DNA from: an uncultured Methanosarcinales archaeon
GTDB lineage: Archaea > Nanobdellota > Nanobdellia > Woesearchaeales > CAZYIM01
Length of the DNA stretch: 10,078 nt
Reading direction: 5' to 3'
NCBI GenBank assembly: GCA_964647565.1
Contig: CAZYIM010000059.1
Span: 1-10,078, forward strand
Position numbers and translations under genes: made by a program. Below the pieces are notes generated by a model. The model saw nothing but the letters and a program-made list of their open reading frames with translations, was not told the DNA's origin and ran no database searches. Positions 1 to 7,517 of the stretch are shown piece after piece (positions within the stretch are counted from its first letter, which is position 1; the number at the start of each line of letters is the position of its first letter).

Positions 1-76
1 TCTTGATAAATGCATCATCAACTTTCACTAAAATGTCCAATAAAGGACTCTCAATACCATAAACATCGTATTTCAT
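1..76 (-). CDS. 5' part of a PfkB-family carbohydrate/adenosine kinase-like gene (runs off the left edge; not in the ORF track)
   Basis: Manual translation from the ATG at 76-74 gives MKYDVYGIESPLLDILVKVDDAFIK with no stop before the edge. This resembles the N-terminal 'DVxGIGxxLxDIxxxVDDxFL' strand of adenosine kinase/PfkB proteins. The ATG overlaps the TGA of the upstream gene (ATGA, 73-76). Confidence 0.7.
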   Translation of the reverse strand, partial: MKYDVYGIESPLLDILVKVDDAFIK

Positions 77-1188
77 TTCAATTCCACCGTGATTTTTCCT
101 TCTTTATCATTAACATCCTTAATGATGGCATGCCCCTTGAGTTTCTCCTTTATTTCCGCCCAGGAATGTTTTTTTCGAACTGCATTTAAATCTTCAAGTA
201 TCTTGTTAAGCTCGTTGTAGTGTTCATATATTAATTCTCCTTTTTTCTGGTTCTCATCTGCGCTTTTAGTCATATTCTTTATGGTTAACTCTTGCTGATC
301 AATGATTACCTGGATCTTCTCAAGCTTCACATTTCTTTTCTTCTCTCCTGTAACTTGTTTATGGTCACTTAATTCCTTTGAAAGTTTGGCATCAATAGCT
401 TCTGAGAAATTCTTGAAACTCTTACTCTCTTCATCCTTAAAGCGCTGCAGCTCAAAAGGGACTGCTTCTTCACCTATCAACACAGGTTTAATCTTAGACC
501 TAAGTAAACTCTTAATAATTGAAAACAGGCGTTTAAGAATATCCTCATTCAAAACAAGCTCCTTCTTATCTATATCTGCCTTCAGACATACTTCTTCCGC
601 ATACAGACCTCCCAATCCCAAGTCTGCTGCCAATACTTTCACTATAGAGTCCTTTTTTGAGTTCTTAGCAATCTCAATAAAAGAAGTTTCATCAATCTCA
701 AGCAGGTTCAATATGGGCGGAGGAAACTCATATTTCACACCACCTCTTACAGTACGGTCTTTCCATCTCTGGTTTTCTAAAGGACTGATAATGGTATAGT
801 CTTCTTTACATAAAATAATGTTGCCTTTACTGAATAGTTCAATAATCAAAATCAACTTACCTTCTTTAGCATCAAAGATAATTTCCACAATACGTTCAAA
901 GTTAACCTGTCTCACAGCTTCAATCCTGGCATTTCCCAGATGTTTTCTTAAAAAAGTGCAATAGCCTGGAGGGCTATCAGTAAACTCTTGTTTGTATTCT
1001 GATAAATAGATAAAGCCCGGTGCAATAACTCTAAGCTGTTTCTTACCATGACTAGGAACATGCATCCTGAATAGGAATTCCCTTTTGTTGGACTTCTGTT
1101 GATATATCTTGTCTATTTTGCCCCCAATCAATACTTGGAATTCCTTTATCAGACAACTTAGCTCCAAAGAGCTTGTTTCATTATTCAT
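73..1188 (-). CDS. Archaeal-type Rqc2/RqcH (NFACT / FbpA N-terminal domain) protein, 371 aa, N-terminal half only
   Basis: NFACT-N motifs 'GGKIDKIYQ', 'FLRKHLGNARI', 'QVNFERIVEI', 'IIELFSKGNIIL' and 'WKDRTVRGGVKYEFPP'; HhH-like 'LAADLGLGGLYAEEVC'; then a coiled coil with 'KKGELIYEHY'. It ends at GKITVELK with no second coil or NFACT-R/C domain. Confidence 0.88.
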   Translation of the reverse strand: MNNETSSLELSCLIKEFQVLIGGKIDKIYQQKSNKREFLFRMHVPSHGKKQLRVIAPGFIYLSEYKQEFTDSPPGYCTFLRKHLGNARIEAVRQVNFERIVEIIFDAKEGKLILIIELFSKGNIILCKEDYTIISPLENQRWKDRTVRGGVKYEFPPPILNLLEIDETSFIEIAKNSKKDSIVKVLAADLGLGGLYAEEVCLKADIDKKELVLNEDILKRLFSIIKSLLRSKIKPVLIGEEAVPFELQRFKDEESKSFKNFSEAIDAKLSKELSDHKQVTGEKKRNVKLEKIQVIIDQQELTIKNMTKSADENQKKGELIYEHYNELNKILEDLNAVRKKHSWAEIKEKLKGHAIIKDVNDKEGKITVELK

Positions 1189-1211
1189 AGATTATAGAAA
1201 AACTTGAATAA

Positions 1212-1219
1212 TTTTTAAA
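1212..1219 (-). promoter_or_regulatory. Putative archaeal TATA box for a (near-)leaderless Rqc2/NFACT transcript
   Basis: Minus-strand TTTAAAAA lies 24-31 nt upstream of the ATG at 1188, directly after the glmS stop, and there is no SD. The AT-rich context limits specificity. Confidence 0.4.
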
Positions 1220-3049
1220 TCATTCGACTGTTACACTCTTTGCAAGGTTCCTGGGTTTGTCCACGTCTAAATTTCGCAAAGTAGCGATGTGATATGCCAA
1301 AAGTTGTAATGGAATCACATTAAGAAGTGGACTCAATTGCTCGTCCACCTTAGGTATTTTTATGATTGAATCTGAAAGCTTCTTAATATCTCTGTCAACT
1401 TTGTCTGTAACAGCTATTATCTTGCCACCTCTAGACTTAACCTCTTCCATATTACTAAGTATCTTATTATATATCTGCCCATCAGACTGTACAACAAAGA
1501 CTACAGGCATCTGCTCATCTATCAAAGCAATAGGTCCGTGTTTCATCTCTGCAGCAGGATATCCTTCTGCATGGATATAAGAAATTTCTTTCAGCTTAAG
1601 GGCGCCTTCAAGAGCAACTGGAAAGTTAATGCCTCTACCCAGATAAAGGAAGTTAGGTTTATTGTAGTACTGATTAGCAATCTTCTTTATCTTATTGTTT
1701 TTCTCAAGTATCTCAGTCACAAGAACAGGTATTCTATGTAGTTCTTCAATCAATTGTTCTGTATCCGTCTTGGATATTGTCTTTCTCTTTAGACCCATCA
1801 TCAAACTGAGCATGAACAATGCAGTAATTTGGCTGGTAAAAGCCTTGGTACTAGCCACCCCAATTTCAGGTCCTGCATGCAGATATATACCTTTTTTACA
1901 TTCTCTAGCAATGGTGCTACCTACAACATTAACTATACCAAGAGTTGTAATATCGTTTTTTTTAGCAAGTCTTACAGCAGCAAGGGTATCTGCAGTCTCA
2001 CCTGATTGACTTATTGCAATAAATAAATCTTCTTTTTGGAATAGAGGATAATTATATCTGAATTCAGAAGCATAATCAACTACAACAGGAATTCGACAAT
2101 TTTCTTCAAAGAATTGTTTAGCTACTAGAGCCGCATGCCATGATGTTCCACAGGCAGTTATAATAATTCTTTTAATCTTCTTTATTTCATCTGGAGAAAG
2201 ACTAGGCCCTCCTAACTTTACAGGATTATCTCCCTTGAGAATTCGTCCTCTAAATGTATCTGCTATGGACTCAGGCTGTTTGAAGATTTCCTTTAGCATA
2301 TATGTTTCATAGCCGTCCTTCTCTAGTTGATCAATAGTCATATTTACTTCAGAAGGTTCTTTTTGAAGATATTTTTTATCATGATCAAATATCTTGTATC
2401 CTTTCTTATTTATCTTAACTATTTCACCTTCACCTAAATAAACTATTTTTTTAGTGTGTTCTGCAATAGATGAAGCATCGGATGATAAAAAAAATTCTTT
2501 AGCTCCAACACCCAGCACTAAAGGACTTCCGTTTCTAGCACCAATCAATTCATCTTGATCTTTTTGCATGATTACCAAGCCATATGCACCCTCTAAAATA
2601 GATAAGACTTTAATGGCTGTATCAAGAAGGTTCCCTGTATATTCTTCTTCAAGTAAATGTGCAATGATTTCTGTATCTGTGTCGGATATGAATTTGTGTC
2701 CTTTTGATTCAAGATAACGTTTCAGTGTGGAATAATTCTCTATGATCCCATTATGAACAATAGCAAACCTATTATTACAATCTGTATGGGGATGTGCATT
2801 TATTTTAGTGGCAGGGCCGTGAGTTGCCCAACGAGTATGGGAAAGGCCCATATTAGATATCTCTGTGAATTCATTTGATAATGTCTCAAGATTGGTAATC
2901 CTACCAGACGTTTTCATAATTACCATATCATCCTTTGTTTTCAAGCACATACCTGCAGAATCATAGCCTCTATATTCCAATCTCTTTAAGCCCCTTATTA
3001 AAATAGGAGCAGCATTTCTATTTCCCATATAAGCAAATATGCCACACAT
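1220..3049 (-). CDS. glmS: Glutamine--fructose-6-phosphate transaminase (isomerizing), 609 aa
   Basis: N-terminal MCGI (catalytic Cys), 'LEYRGYDSAG', 'HTRWATHG', 'NAHPH', 'HNGIIENY', SIS-domain 'SQSGETADT', 'GVASTKAFT', 'EGALKLKEISYIHAEG', C-terminal 'PRNLAKSVTVE'. Confidence 0.98.
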   Translation of the reverse strand: MCGIFAYMGNRNAAPILIRGLKRLEYRGYDSAGMCLKTKDDMVIMKTSGRITNLETLSNEFTEISNMGLSHTRWATHGPATKINAHPHTDCNNRFAIVHNGIIENYSTLKRYLESKGHKFISDTDTEIIAHLLEEEYTGNLLDTAIKVLSILEGAYGLVIMQKDQDELIGARNGSPLVLGVGAKEFFLSSDASSIAEHTKKIVYLGEGEIVKINKKGYKIFDHDKKYLQKEPSEVNMTIDQLEKDGYETYMLKEIFKQPESIADTFRGRILKGDNPVKLGGPSLSPDEIKKIKRIIITACGTSWHAALVAKQFFEENCRIPVVVDYASEFRYNYPLFQKEDLFIAISQSGETADTLAAVRLAKKNDITTLGIVNVVGSTIARECKKGIYLHAGPEIGVASTKAFTSQITALFMLSLMMGLKRKTISKTDTEQLIEELHRIPVLVTEILEKNNKIKKIANQYYNKPNFLYLGRGINFPVALEGALKLKEISYIHAEGYPAAEMKHGPIALIDEQMPVVFVVQSDGQIYNKILSNMEEVKSRGGKIIAVTDKVDRDIKKLSDSIIKIPKVDEQLSPLLNVIPLQLLAYHIATLRNLDVDKPRNLAKSVTVE

Positions 3050-3051
3050 GA

Positions 3052-3753
3052 TCAGAATTTATTTTTTAGAATAGATTCTACTTTTGGAACATCCTCGGGA
3101 CATCCCAAGTCAAGCCAATAACTTGTTAATTTTTTAACATAAACATCAGATTCTTGTGCAATGATGTTTATTGCATCAGTAATCTCATATTCGCCTCGTT
3201 CAGAAAGACTGATTTTTTTCAAAGCATCAAATATTTTCGGGGTGAGTTTATAGAGACTTATATTAACCAGATCTGATTCGGGATGCTTTGGTTTCTCAAT
3301 GATCTTTTCAAGCAATCCATCTTTCTGATATATAACACCAAACTTCTCAGGATTTTCTACGTTTCGTGCATACATATAGAGTTGATCATCATCAAAAGGA
3401 ATCCCTGCTAAATCTTTAGCATCATAAATGTGGTCAGCAGCAAACAAAATAAAATTGCCACGCATATATTTTTCAGCAACCATGACCGCATGACCAGTTC
3501 CTAATTGTTCTTTTTGTTCGATAAAATGAAAGTCGGCATCGAACTCAGCATTATTTGTCAGATAATCAATAATTTTTTCCTTTAAATATCCAACTACTAA
3601 GGTAATATCCTCAAATCCTGCAGTTTCAAGATTCTTGATAATATAATAAAGAAAAGGTTTGCCATTTACTTGCACTAAGGGCTTAGGCGTGTTCTCTGTA
3701 AGATAAAGCATTCTTGTTCCCTTTCCAGCCGCAAGTAATAAAGCTTTTTTCAT
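3052..3753 (-). CDS. Sugar-1-phosphate nucleotidyltransferase (GlmU N-terminal / RmlA-like NTP_transferase domain only), 233 aa
   Basis: 'LLAAGKGTRM...TPKPL' signature, 'QKEQLGTGHA', 'IIEKP', 'SERGEYEITDAI', 'WLDLG'. There is no hexapeptide acetyltransferase domain. The stop is 2 nt before the glmS ATG. Confidence 0.9.
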   Translation of the reverse strand: MKKALLLAAGKGTRMLYLTENTPKPLVQVNGKPFLYYIIKNLETAGFEDITLVVGYLKEKIIDYLTNNAEFDADFHFIEQKEQLGTGHAVMVAEKYMRGNFILFAADHIYDAKDLAGIPFDDDQLYMYARNVENPEKFGVIYQKDGLLEKIIEKPKHPESDLVNISLYKLTPKIFDALKKISLSERGEYEITDAINIIAQESDVYVKKLTSYWLDLGCPEDVPKVESILKNKF

Positions 3754-3779
3754 AAACGTAGAAAATTAATTTGTTGACC

Positions 3780-3786
3780 TTATAAA
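3780..3786 (-). promoter_or_regulatory. Putative archaeal TATA box for the nucleotidyltransferase-glmS unit
   Basis: Minus-strand TTTATAA lies 27-33 nt upstream of the ATG at 3753, and no SD precedes the ATG. Confidence 0.45.
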
Positions 3787-3831
3787 TATTACTATTGTTT
3801 TTTTAGTAGTATTAAAAAGACAATTTTATAT

Positions 3832-4539
3832 TTAATTTCTTATTTCAACCATCCTGAAGTAAGGCTCTAACATTTTTTTAAAATCATGCAATACAACAGG
3901 GGGATAAGGTTTAACATCAGCTAATTTCTGATCAAGAAGGGGGACATCTGGCTTAAACTGCTGTAGTACAAACTTTTTTGATCCTTTCAACCATTTCCCT
4001 ATCTGCAGCGCATCTTCCTTCTTGAAAAAAGAAGGGATAACTGTGGTCCTGAATTCATAATCTACCTTACCATTCTGAAGTAGATTGATGCTTTTTTGTA
4101 GAGCTTCTTTATTGACGGGCACTCTTGTCACTTCGTTATATTTTTTTATTGGTGCCTTAATATCCATAGCAATATAATCTATCAATTGGCGTTCAATCAA
4201 GAGTTTTATAATTTCAGGTCGTGAGCCATTAGTATCTAGCTTAACTAAAAAATTATGCTTCTTCAGTTCTGATATGAAAGAAATCAATTCATCTTTATGT
4301 AGAGTAGGTTCACCACCAGTTATGCAAACCCCATCTAACATCCCTTTTTTAGATTTTAAATGTTTGAAGATGACTGAATGATGAACATCATCCATATCTT
4401 TATGATTAATAACTAAGTCAGGATTATAACAAAATCCGCAATTGAAGCTGCATGTAGGAAGAAATATTGTAGTGACTATCTTACCAGGATAATCAACCAA
4501 GGAGGTCTTCTGAAATCCTTTTATTTTCAGATTTTCCAT
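3832..4539 (-). CDS. nrdG: Anaerobic ribonucleoside-triphosphate reductase activating protein (radical SAM), 235 aa
   Basis: 'GFQKTSLVDYPG', CxxxCxxC (CSFNCGFCYNP), 'GVCITGGEPT', 'VKLDTNGS', 'YIAMDIK', 'YEFRTT'. It lies directly downstream of nrdD. Confidence 0.93.
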   Translation of the reverse strand: MENLKIKGFQKTSLVDYPGKIVTTIFLPTCSFNCGFCYNPDLVINHKDMDDVHHSVIFKHLKSKKGMLDGVCITGGEPTLHKDELISFISELKKHNFLVKLDTNGSRPEIIKLLIERQLIDYIAMDIKAPIKKYNEVTRVPVNKEALQKSINLLQNGKVDYEFRTTVIPSFFKKEDALQIGKWLKGSKKFVLQQFKPDVPLLDQKLADVKPYPPVVLHDFKKMLEPYFRMVEIRN

Positions 4540-4551
4540 TTTGAAGATTTA

Positions 4552-4592
4552 AAACAATAAAAATAATGAAAAAAATAAAAAAATAAAAATAA
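4552..4592 (-). terminator. Oligo(T)-rich tract after the nrdD stop; possible archaeal-type terminator/attenuator
   Basis: The minus strand shows several consecutive T-runs broken by single bases right after the nrdD stop, with no GC hairpin. Confidence 0.4.
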
Positions 4593-6719
4593 CTATGCTG
4601 TATGCTCAACCTTTTTCTTATCTTGTGTAAAGATTGTATTCTGAGTACTTTTTTTCTCACAAAATGCAACTCTATCCTTGAACTCTTCTTTCTTACCAAT
4701 GTTCCAATTCTGTACAGGTCTATAATAACCTACAACTCGGCTATAAACCTCTGTAGGTGCATTACAATCAGGACATTTGAAAATCTCTCCTTTGATATAT
4801 CCATGTTCCTTACAGATACTAAACGTAGGTGTTATTGTGAAGTAAGGCAACTTAAAATGTTTAGCAAGTCTCTGGACAAGCTTTTTACAGGTCTCAATAT
4901 CAGTCACCTTCTCACCAATAAACCCATGCATTACAGTACCACCCGTATATAATGTTTGTATATCATCCTGAAGCTCAAAGGCCTCAAAGATATCATCTGT
5001 ATGGCCAACTGGAAGCTGTGAAGAGTTGGTATAATAGGGATCTTTCTTTCCTGCCGCAATTATATCCGGATATTTAGCTTTATCAATTTTAGCAAATCTG
5101 TAGCTGGTTCCTTCTGCAGGGGTTGCTTCTAGATTATAGATGTTTCCAGTCTCTTCTTGATACTCAGTCAATTTTTTTCTCATGAATTTAAGCACTTCTA
5201 CTGCAAAAGCCTTACCCTCTACTGTAGCTATATGCTTATCTTTTCCAAGGAAGTTCAATAAAGCTTCATTCAGACCATTCAATCCGATTGTAGAGAAGTG
5301 ATGCTTCAAAGTTCCTAAGTACCTCTTGGTATAAGGCAATAGTCCACTATCCATGTGTTTTTGAACAATCTTTCGCTTTATCTCCAGAGACTCCATAGCT
5401 ATATCCATCAACCTTGTCAGTTTTTCAAAAAAGTCCTTTTTAGTCTTGGCAAGATAACCAAGTCGTGGCATATTTATCGTAACAACACCCAAGGATCCAG
5501 TTGACTCTCCAAATCCAAAGAGGCCTCCTGTTTTTTTCTTCAAATCTTTCAGGTTCATCTGCAATCTGCAGCACATACTTCTAACATCTTGAGGATTCAG
5601 ATCAGAATTGAGGAAATTCTGGAAATACGGCAACCCATACTTAGAGGTCATCTCAAAAAGCAGATTTGAATTTTCAGTATTCCAATCAAAATCATGTGTT
5701 ATGTTATATGTCGGGATTGGAAATGTAAATACCCTGCCCTTAGCATCCCCTTCAGACATGGTCTCAATAAATGCCTTATTAAGCATATCCATCTCAGTTT
5801 GATAATCTGCATATGTCTCATCAAGCAGTTTGCCACCCCATACAACCCGTTCTTTCTTAAGGTCATCTGGAACAGTCCAGTCAAGAGTAATATTAGAGAA
5901 TGGCGTTTGCCCACCCCATCTTGATGGAACATTCATATTAAAAACAAATTGTTGTATAAGTTGTTTGACTCTTGCATAATCAAGCTTATCTTTCCTTACA
6001 AAGGGCGCTAAATATGTATCAAATGAACTAAAGGCCATAGCACCAGACCATTCATTCTGTAAAGTTCCCATAAAATTAACCATTTGTCCTAGTGCAGTTT
6101 CCAAATGTTTTGGAGGCTTAGAATCAATCTTACCAGGCACTCCATTAAATCCTTCAAATAGTAGTTGTTTAAGGCTCCATCCTGCACAGTATCCATTTAT
6201 GCCCATAGATAGATCATGAATGTGAAGTTCTCCACTTTTATGAGCATCCCCTATTTCAGGAGGATATAGATTCTCCAAGACATAGTATGCAATAACAGAA
6301 CCCGCTGTATGCATAAGCAATCCTGAGAAGGAGTAGTTAATATTGCTATTTTCGTTCACTCTCCAATCTACCTGCCTCAAGTAGCCATCCATCAGCTTAG
6401 CAATATCCATAAAGATAGAATTGCTTTCTCTTATCTTCTTGTGCTGATCTCTATACAAGATATATGCTTTGGCAGTCTTTGCGTGTCCTGTTTCTATCAG
6501 TATTTTTTCAACAGAATCTTGAACATCTTCTACAGCAGGATGCGCTTTGGGAAATCTTTCCTCTAAAAGCTTAATAACTTGGTCAGTCAGTTTTTCAGCC
6601 ACTGCTCTGTCTTTACCGCCTACTGCCGTTGCTGCCGCAAAGATTGCATTAGTTATCTTCTCCTTGTCAAAGGAGACAATCCTTCCGTCTCGTTTCTTCA
6701 CTTTCTTTAGTTGTGTCAT
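4593..6719 (-). CDS. nrdD: Class III (anaerobic) ribonucleoside-triphosphate reductase with N-terminal ATP cone, 708 aa
   Basis: ATP cone 'VKKRDGRIVSFDKEKI', 'LHIHDL', 'GYC' (C178), 'FTFPIPT', 'RSMCCRL' (C383/C384), 'EATPAEG' (E536), Zn site CKEH...CPDC, glycyl-radical loop 'YSRVVGYYRP' (G664). Confidence 0.97.
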   Translation of the reverse strand: MTQLKKVKKRDGRIVSFDKEKITNAIFAAATAVGGKDRAVAEKLTDQVIKLLEERFPKAHPAVEDVQDSVEKILIETGHAKTAKAYILYRDQHKKIRESNSIFMDIAKLMDGYLRQVDWRVNENSNINYSFSGLLMHTAGSVIAYYVLENLYPPEIGDAHKSGELHIHDLSMGINGYCAGWSLKQLLFEGFNGVPGKIDSKPPKHLETALGQMVNFMGTLQNEWSGAMAFSSFDTYLAPFVRKDKLDYARVKQLIQQFVFNMNVPSRWGGQTPFSNITLDWTVPDDLKKERVVWGGKLLDETYADYQTEMDMLNKAFIETMSEGDAKGRVFTFPIPTYNITHDFDWNTENSNLLFEMTSKYGLPYFQNFLNSDLNPQDVRSMCCRLQMNLKDLKKKTGGLFGFGESTGSLGVVTINMPRLGYLAKTKKDFFEKLTRLMDIAMESLEIKRKIVQKHMDSGLLPYTKRYLGTLKHHFSTIGLNGLNEALLNFLGKDKHIATVEGKAFAVEVLKFMRKKLTEYQEETGNIYNLEATPAEGTSYRFAKIDKAKYPDIIAAGKKDPYYTNSSQLPVGHTDDIFEAFELQDDIQTLYTGGTVMHGFIGEKVTDIETCKKLVQRLAKHFKLPYFTITPTFSICKEHGYIKGEIFKCPDCNAPTEVYSRVVGYYRPVQNWNIGKKEEFKDRVAFCEKKSTQNTIFTQDKKKVEHTA

Positions 6720-7192
6720 TTTTTTGGCCTCTTTTTAACACCAGCCCGAGTCTTTCTCAAGTGGGTTATTTCTTTCTCAAAATCTCTAAGAGTATTAAAT
6801 TCCTTGTATACTGAAGCAAAGCGTAGATGTGCAATCTTATCAAGCTTTAGAAGATGCTCCAATATCATGTTGCCTATAGTTGAACTTTTTACCTCATTTA
6901 AGTCCATATTTCTTATCTTAAGTTCGATGTCATTCACGATTCTATCTATTTTTTTCTGTTCAACGTCTCTCTTGGCACAAGCTTTAACCAGACTTAAAAA
7001 GACTTTATCGCTATTGAAAGGTTCTCTTTTTTTATTCCTTTTAATCACGTTTATACCAGAGATATCTGCACGTTCGTAAGTAGTAAATCTTTTACTGCAA
7101 ATCAAGCATTCTCGTCGACGTCTTACCTTTTCGGAAGAGTCTCTCTTATCCACAACCTTTGTCTTATGCGTTAAACAGAACGGACATTTCAC
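6716..7192 (-). CDS. nrdR: Transcriptional repressor NrdR (Zn ribbon + ATP cone), about 158 aa; start revised to the GTG at 7192
   Basis: 'KCPFC...TKVVDKR...VRRRRECLICSKRFTTYE' plus ATP cone 'VIKRNKKREPFNSDK' and 'LDKIAHLRFASVYKEF'. The GTG at 7192-7190 gives the usual MKCPFC start and has GAGGTG 6 nt upstream. The ORF-track ATG at 7216 falls inside an NrdR box. The stop overlaps the nrdD ATG (ATGA). Confidence 0.95.
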   Translation of the reverse strand: MKCPFCLTHKTKVVDKRDSSEKVRRRRECLICSKRFTTYERADISGINVIKRNKKREPFNSDKVFLSLVKACAKRDVEQKKIDRIVNDIELKIRNMDLNEVKSSTIGNMILEHLLKLDKIAHLRFASVYKEFNTLRDFEKEITHLRKTRAGVKKRPKK

Positions 7193-7198
7193 CAACAA

Positions 7199-7204
7199 CA
7201 CCTC
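7199..7204 (-). promoter_or_regulatory. Shine-Dalgarno site of nrdR (GAGGTG)
   Basis: The minus strand reads TTTGAGGTG-TTGTTG-GTG(start). Confidence 0.75.
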
Positions 7205-7207
7205 AAA

Positions 7208-7223
7208 CCACAACATGTTGTGT
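7208..7223. promoter_or_regulatory. NrdR box 1 (proximal)
   Basis: ccacaacatgttgtgt contains a perfect 14-bp palindrome (CACAACATGTTGTG) and matches all core positions of the NrdR-box consensus acaCwAtATaTwGtgt. Confidence 0.88.
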
Positions 7224-7239
7224 GTTCTCCTCTTTTTTT

Positions 7240-7255
7240 ATTCAACATATTGTGT
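7240..7255. promoter_or_regulatory. NrdR box 2 (distal)
   Basis: attcaacatattgtgt matches the core CwA-AT-TwG consensus. It starts 32 bp after box 1, the typical tandem spacing. Confidence 0.82.
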
Positions 7256-7438
7256 ATTTTATGTAAAATCGCCATGATTTAAAAAGTTTATGGTTATTAA
7301 TTATATATTTTAAAGGAAATCAAATTTAAAAACCCTGCGTCGATATGTCCAGTGGTAGTGACCTAGCAGTTCGAAAAAACAGAAAATGGATCATCTTCTT
7401 GTGTCCCGTGCAAGAATAAATTAAATATACACACTATT

Positions 7439-7453
7439 GAAAAACTATTTATA
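7439..7453 (+). promoter_or_regulatory. Putative archaeal BRE + TATA promoter for the tonB pair
   Basis: Purine-rich GAAAAA is followed by TTTATA (7448-7453), about 65 nt upstream of the ATG. Confidence 0.45.
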
Positions 7454-7502
7454 TTCTGAAACCAAAACAATAACATAATACAACATAGCTGAAGCTATGC
7501 AA

Positions 7503-7511
7503 AAGGAGGTG
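7503..7511 (+). promoter_or_regulatory. Strong Shine-Dalgarno site (AAGGAGGTG) of the first tonB-like gene
   Basis: It sits 6 nt before the ATG at 7518. Confidence 0.85.
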
Positions 7512-7517
7512 TATTAA

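Noticed and set aside
302..2009. Plus-strand ORFs 302-799, 1362-1580, 1538-1741 and 1695-2009
   Set aside because: Antisense shadows of the NFACT gene and glmS with no recognisable motifs.
3050..3130. glmS ribozyme upstream of glmS
   Set aside because: There is no leader: the upstream CDS ends 2 nt before the glmS ATG.
4593..6719. Intein or intron in nrdD (a common insertion target)
   Set aside because: The ORF is continuous, of normal length, and shows no splicing or homing-endonuclease motifs.
4493..7079. Small ORFs overlapping nrdG/nrdD/nrdR (4493-4699, 4602-4952, 5608-5802, 5694-5924, 5699-5932, 6547-6738, 6711-7079)
   Set aside because: Antisense or out-of-frame within well-conserved genes. 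The hydrophobic stretch in 4493-4699 is only the T-rich spacer translated.
7193..7216. ORF-track N-terminal extension of NrdR (MLWFEVLL)
   Set aside because: That ATG is the centre of NrdR box 1 and the extension spans the SD. The GTG at 7192 gives the usual MKCPFC start.
7345..7376. tRNA-like words AGTGGTAG and GTTCGAA
   Set aside because: They are only about 18 nt apart, with no acceptor, anticodon or T stem, so no cloverleaf can form.
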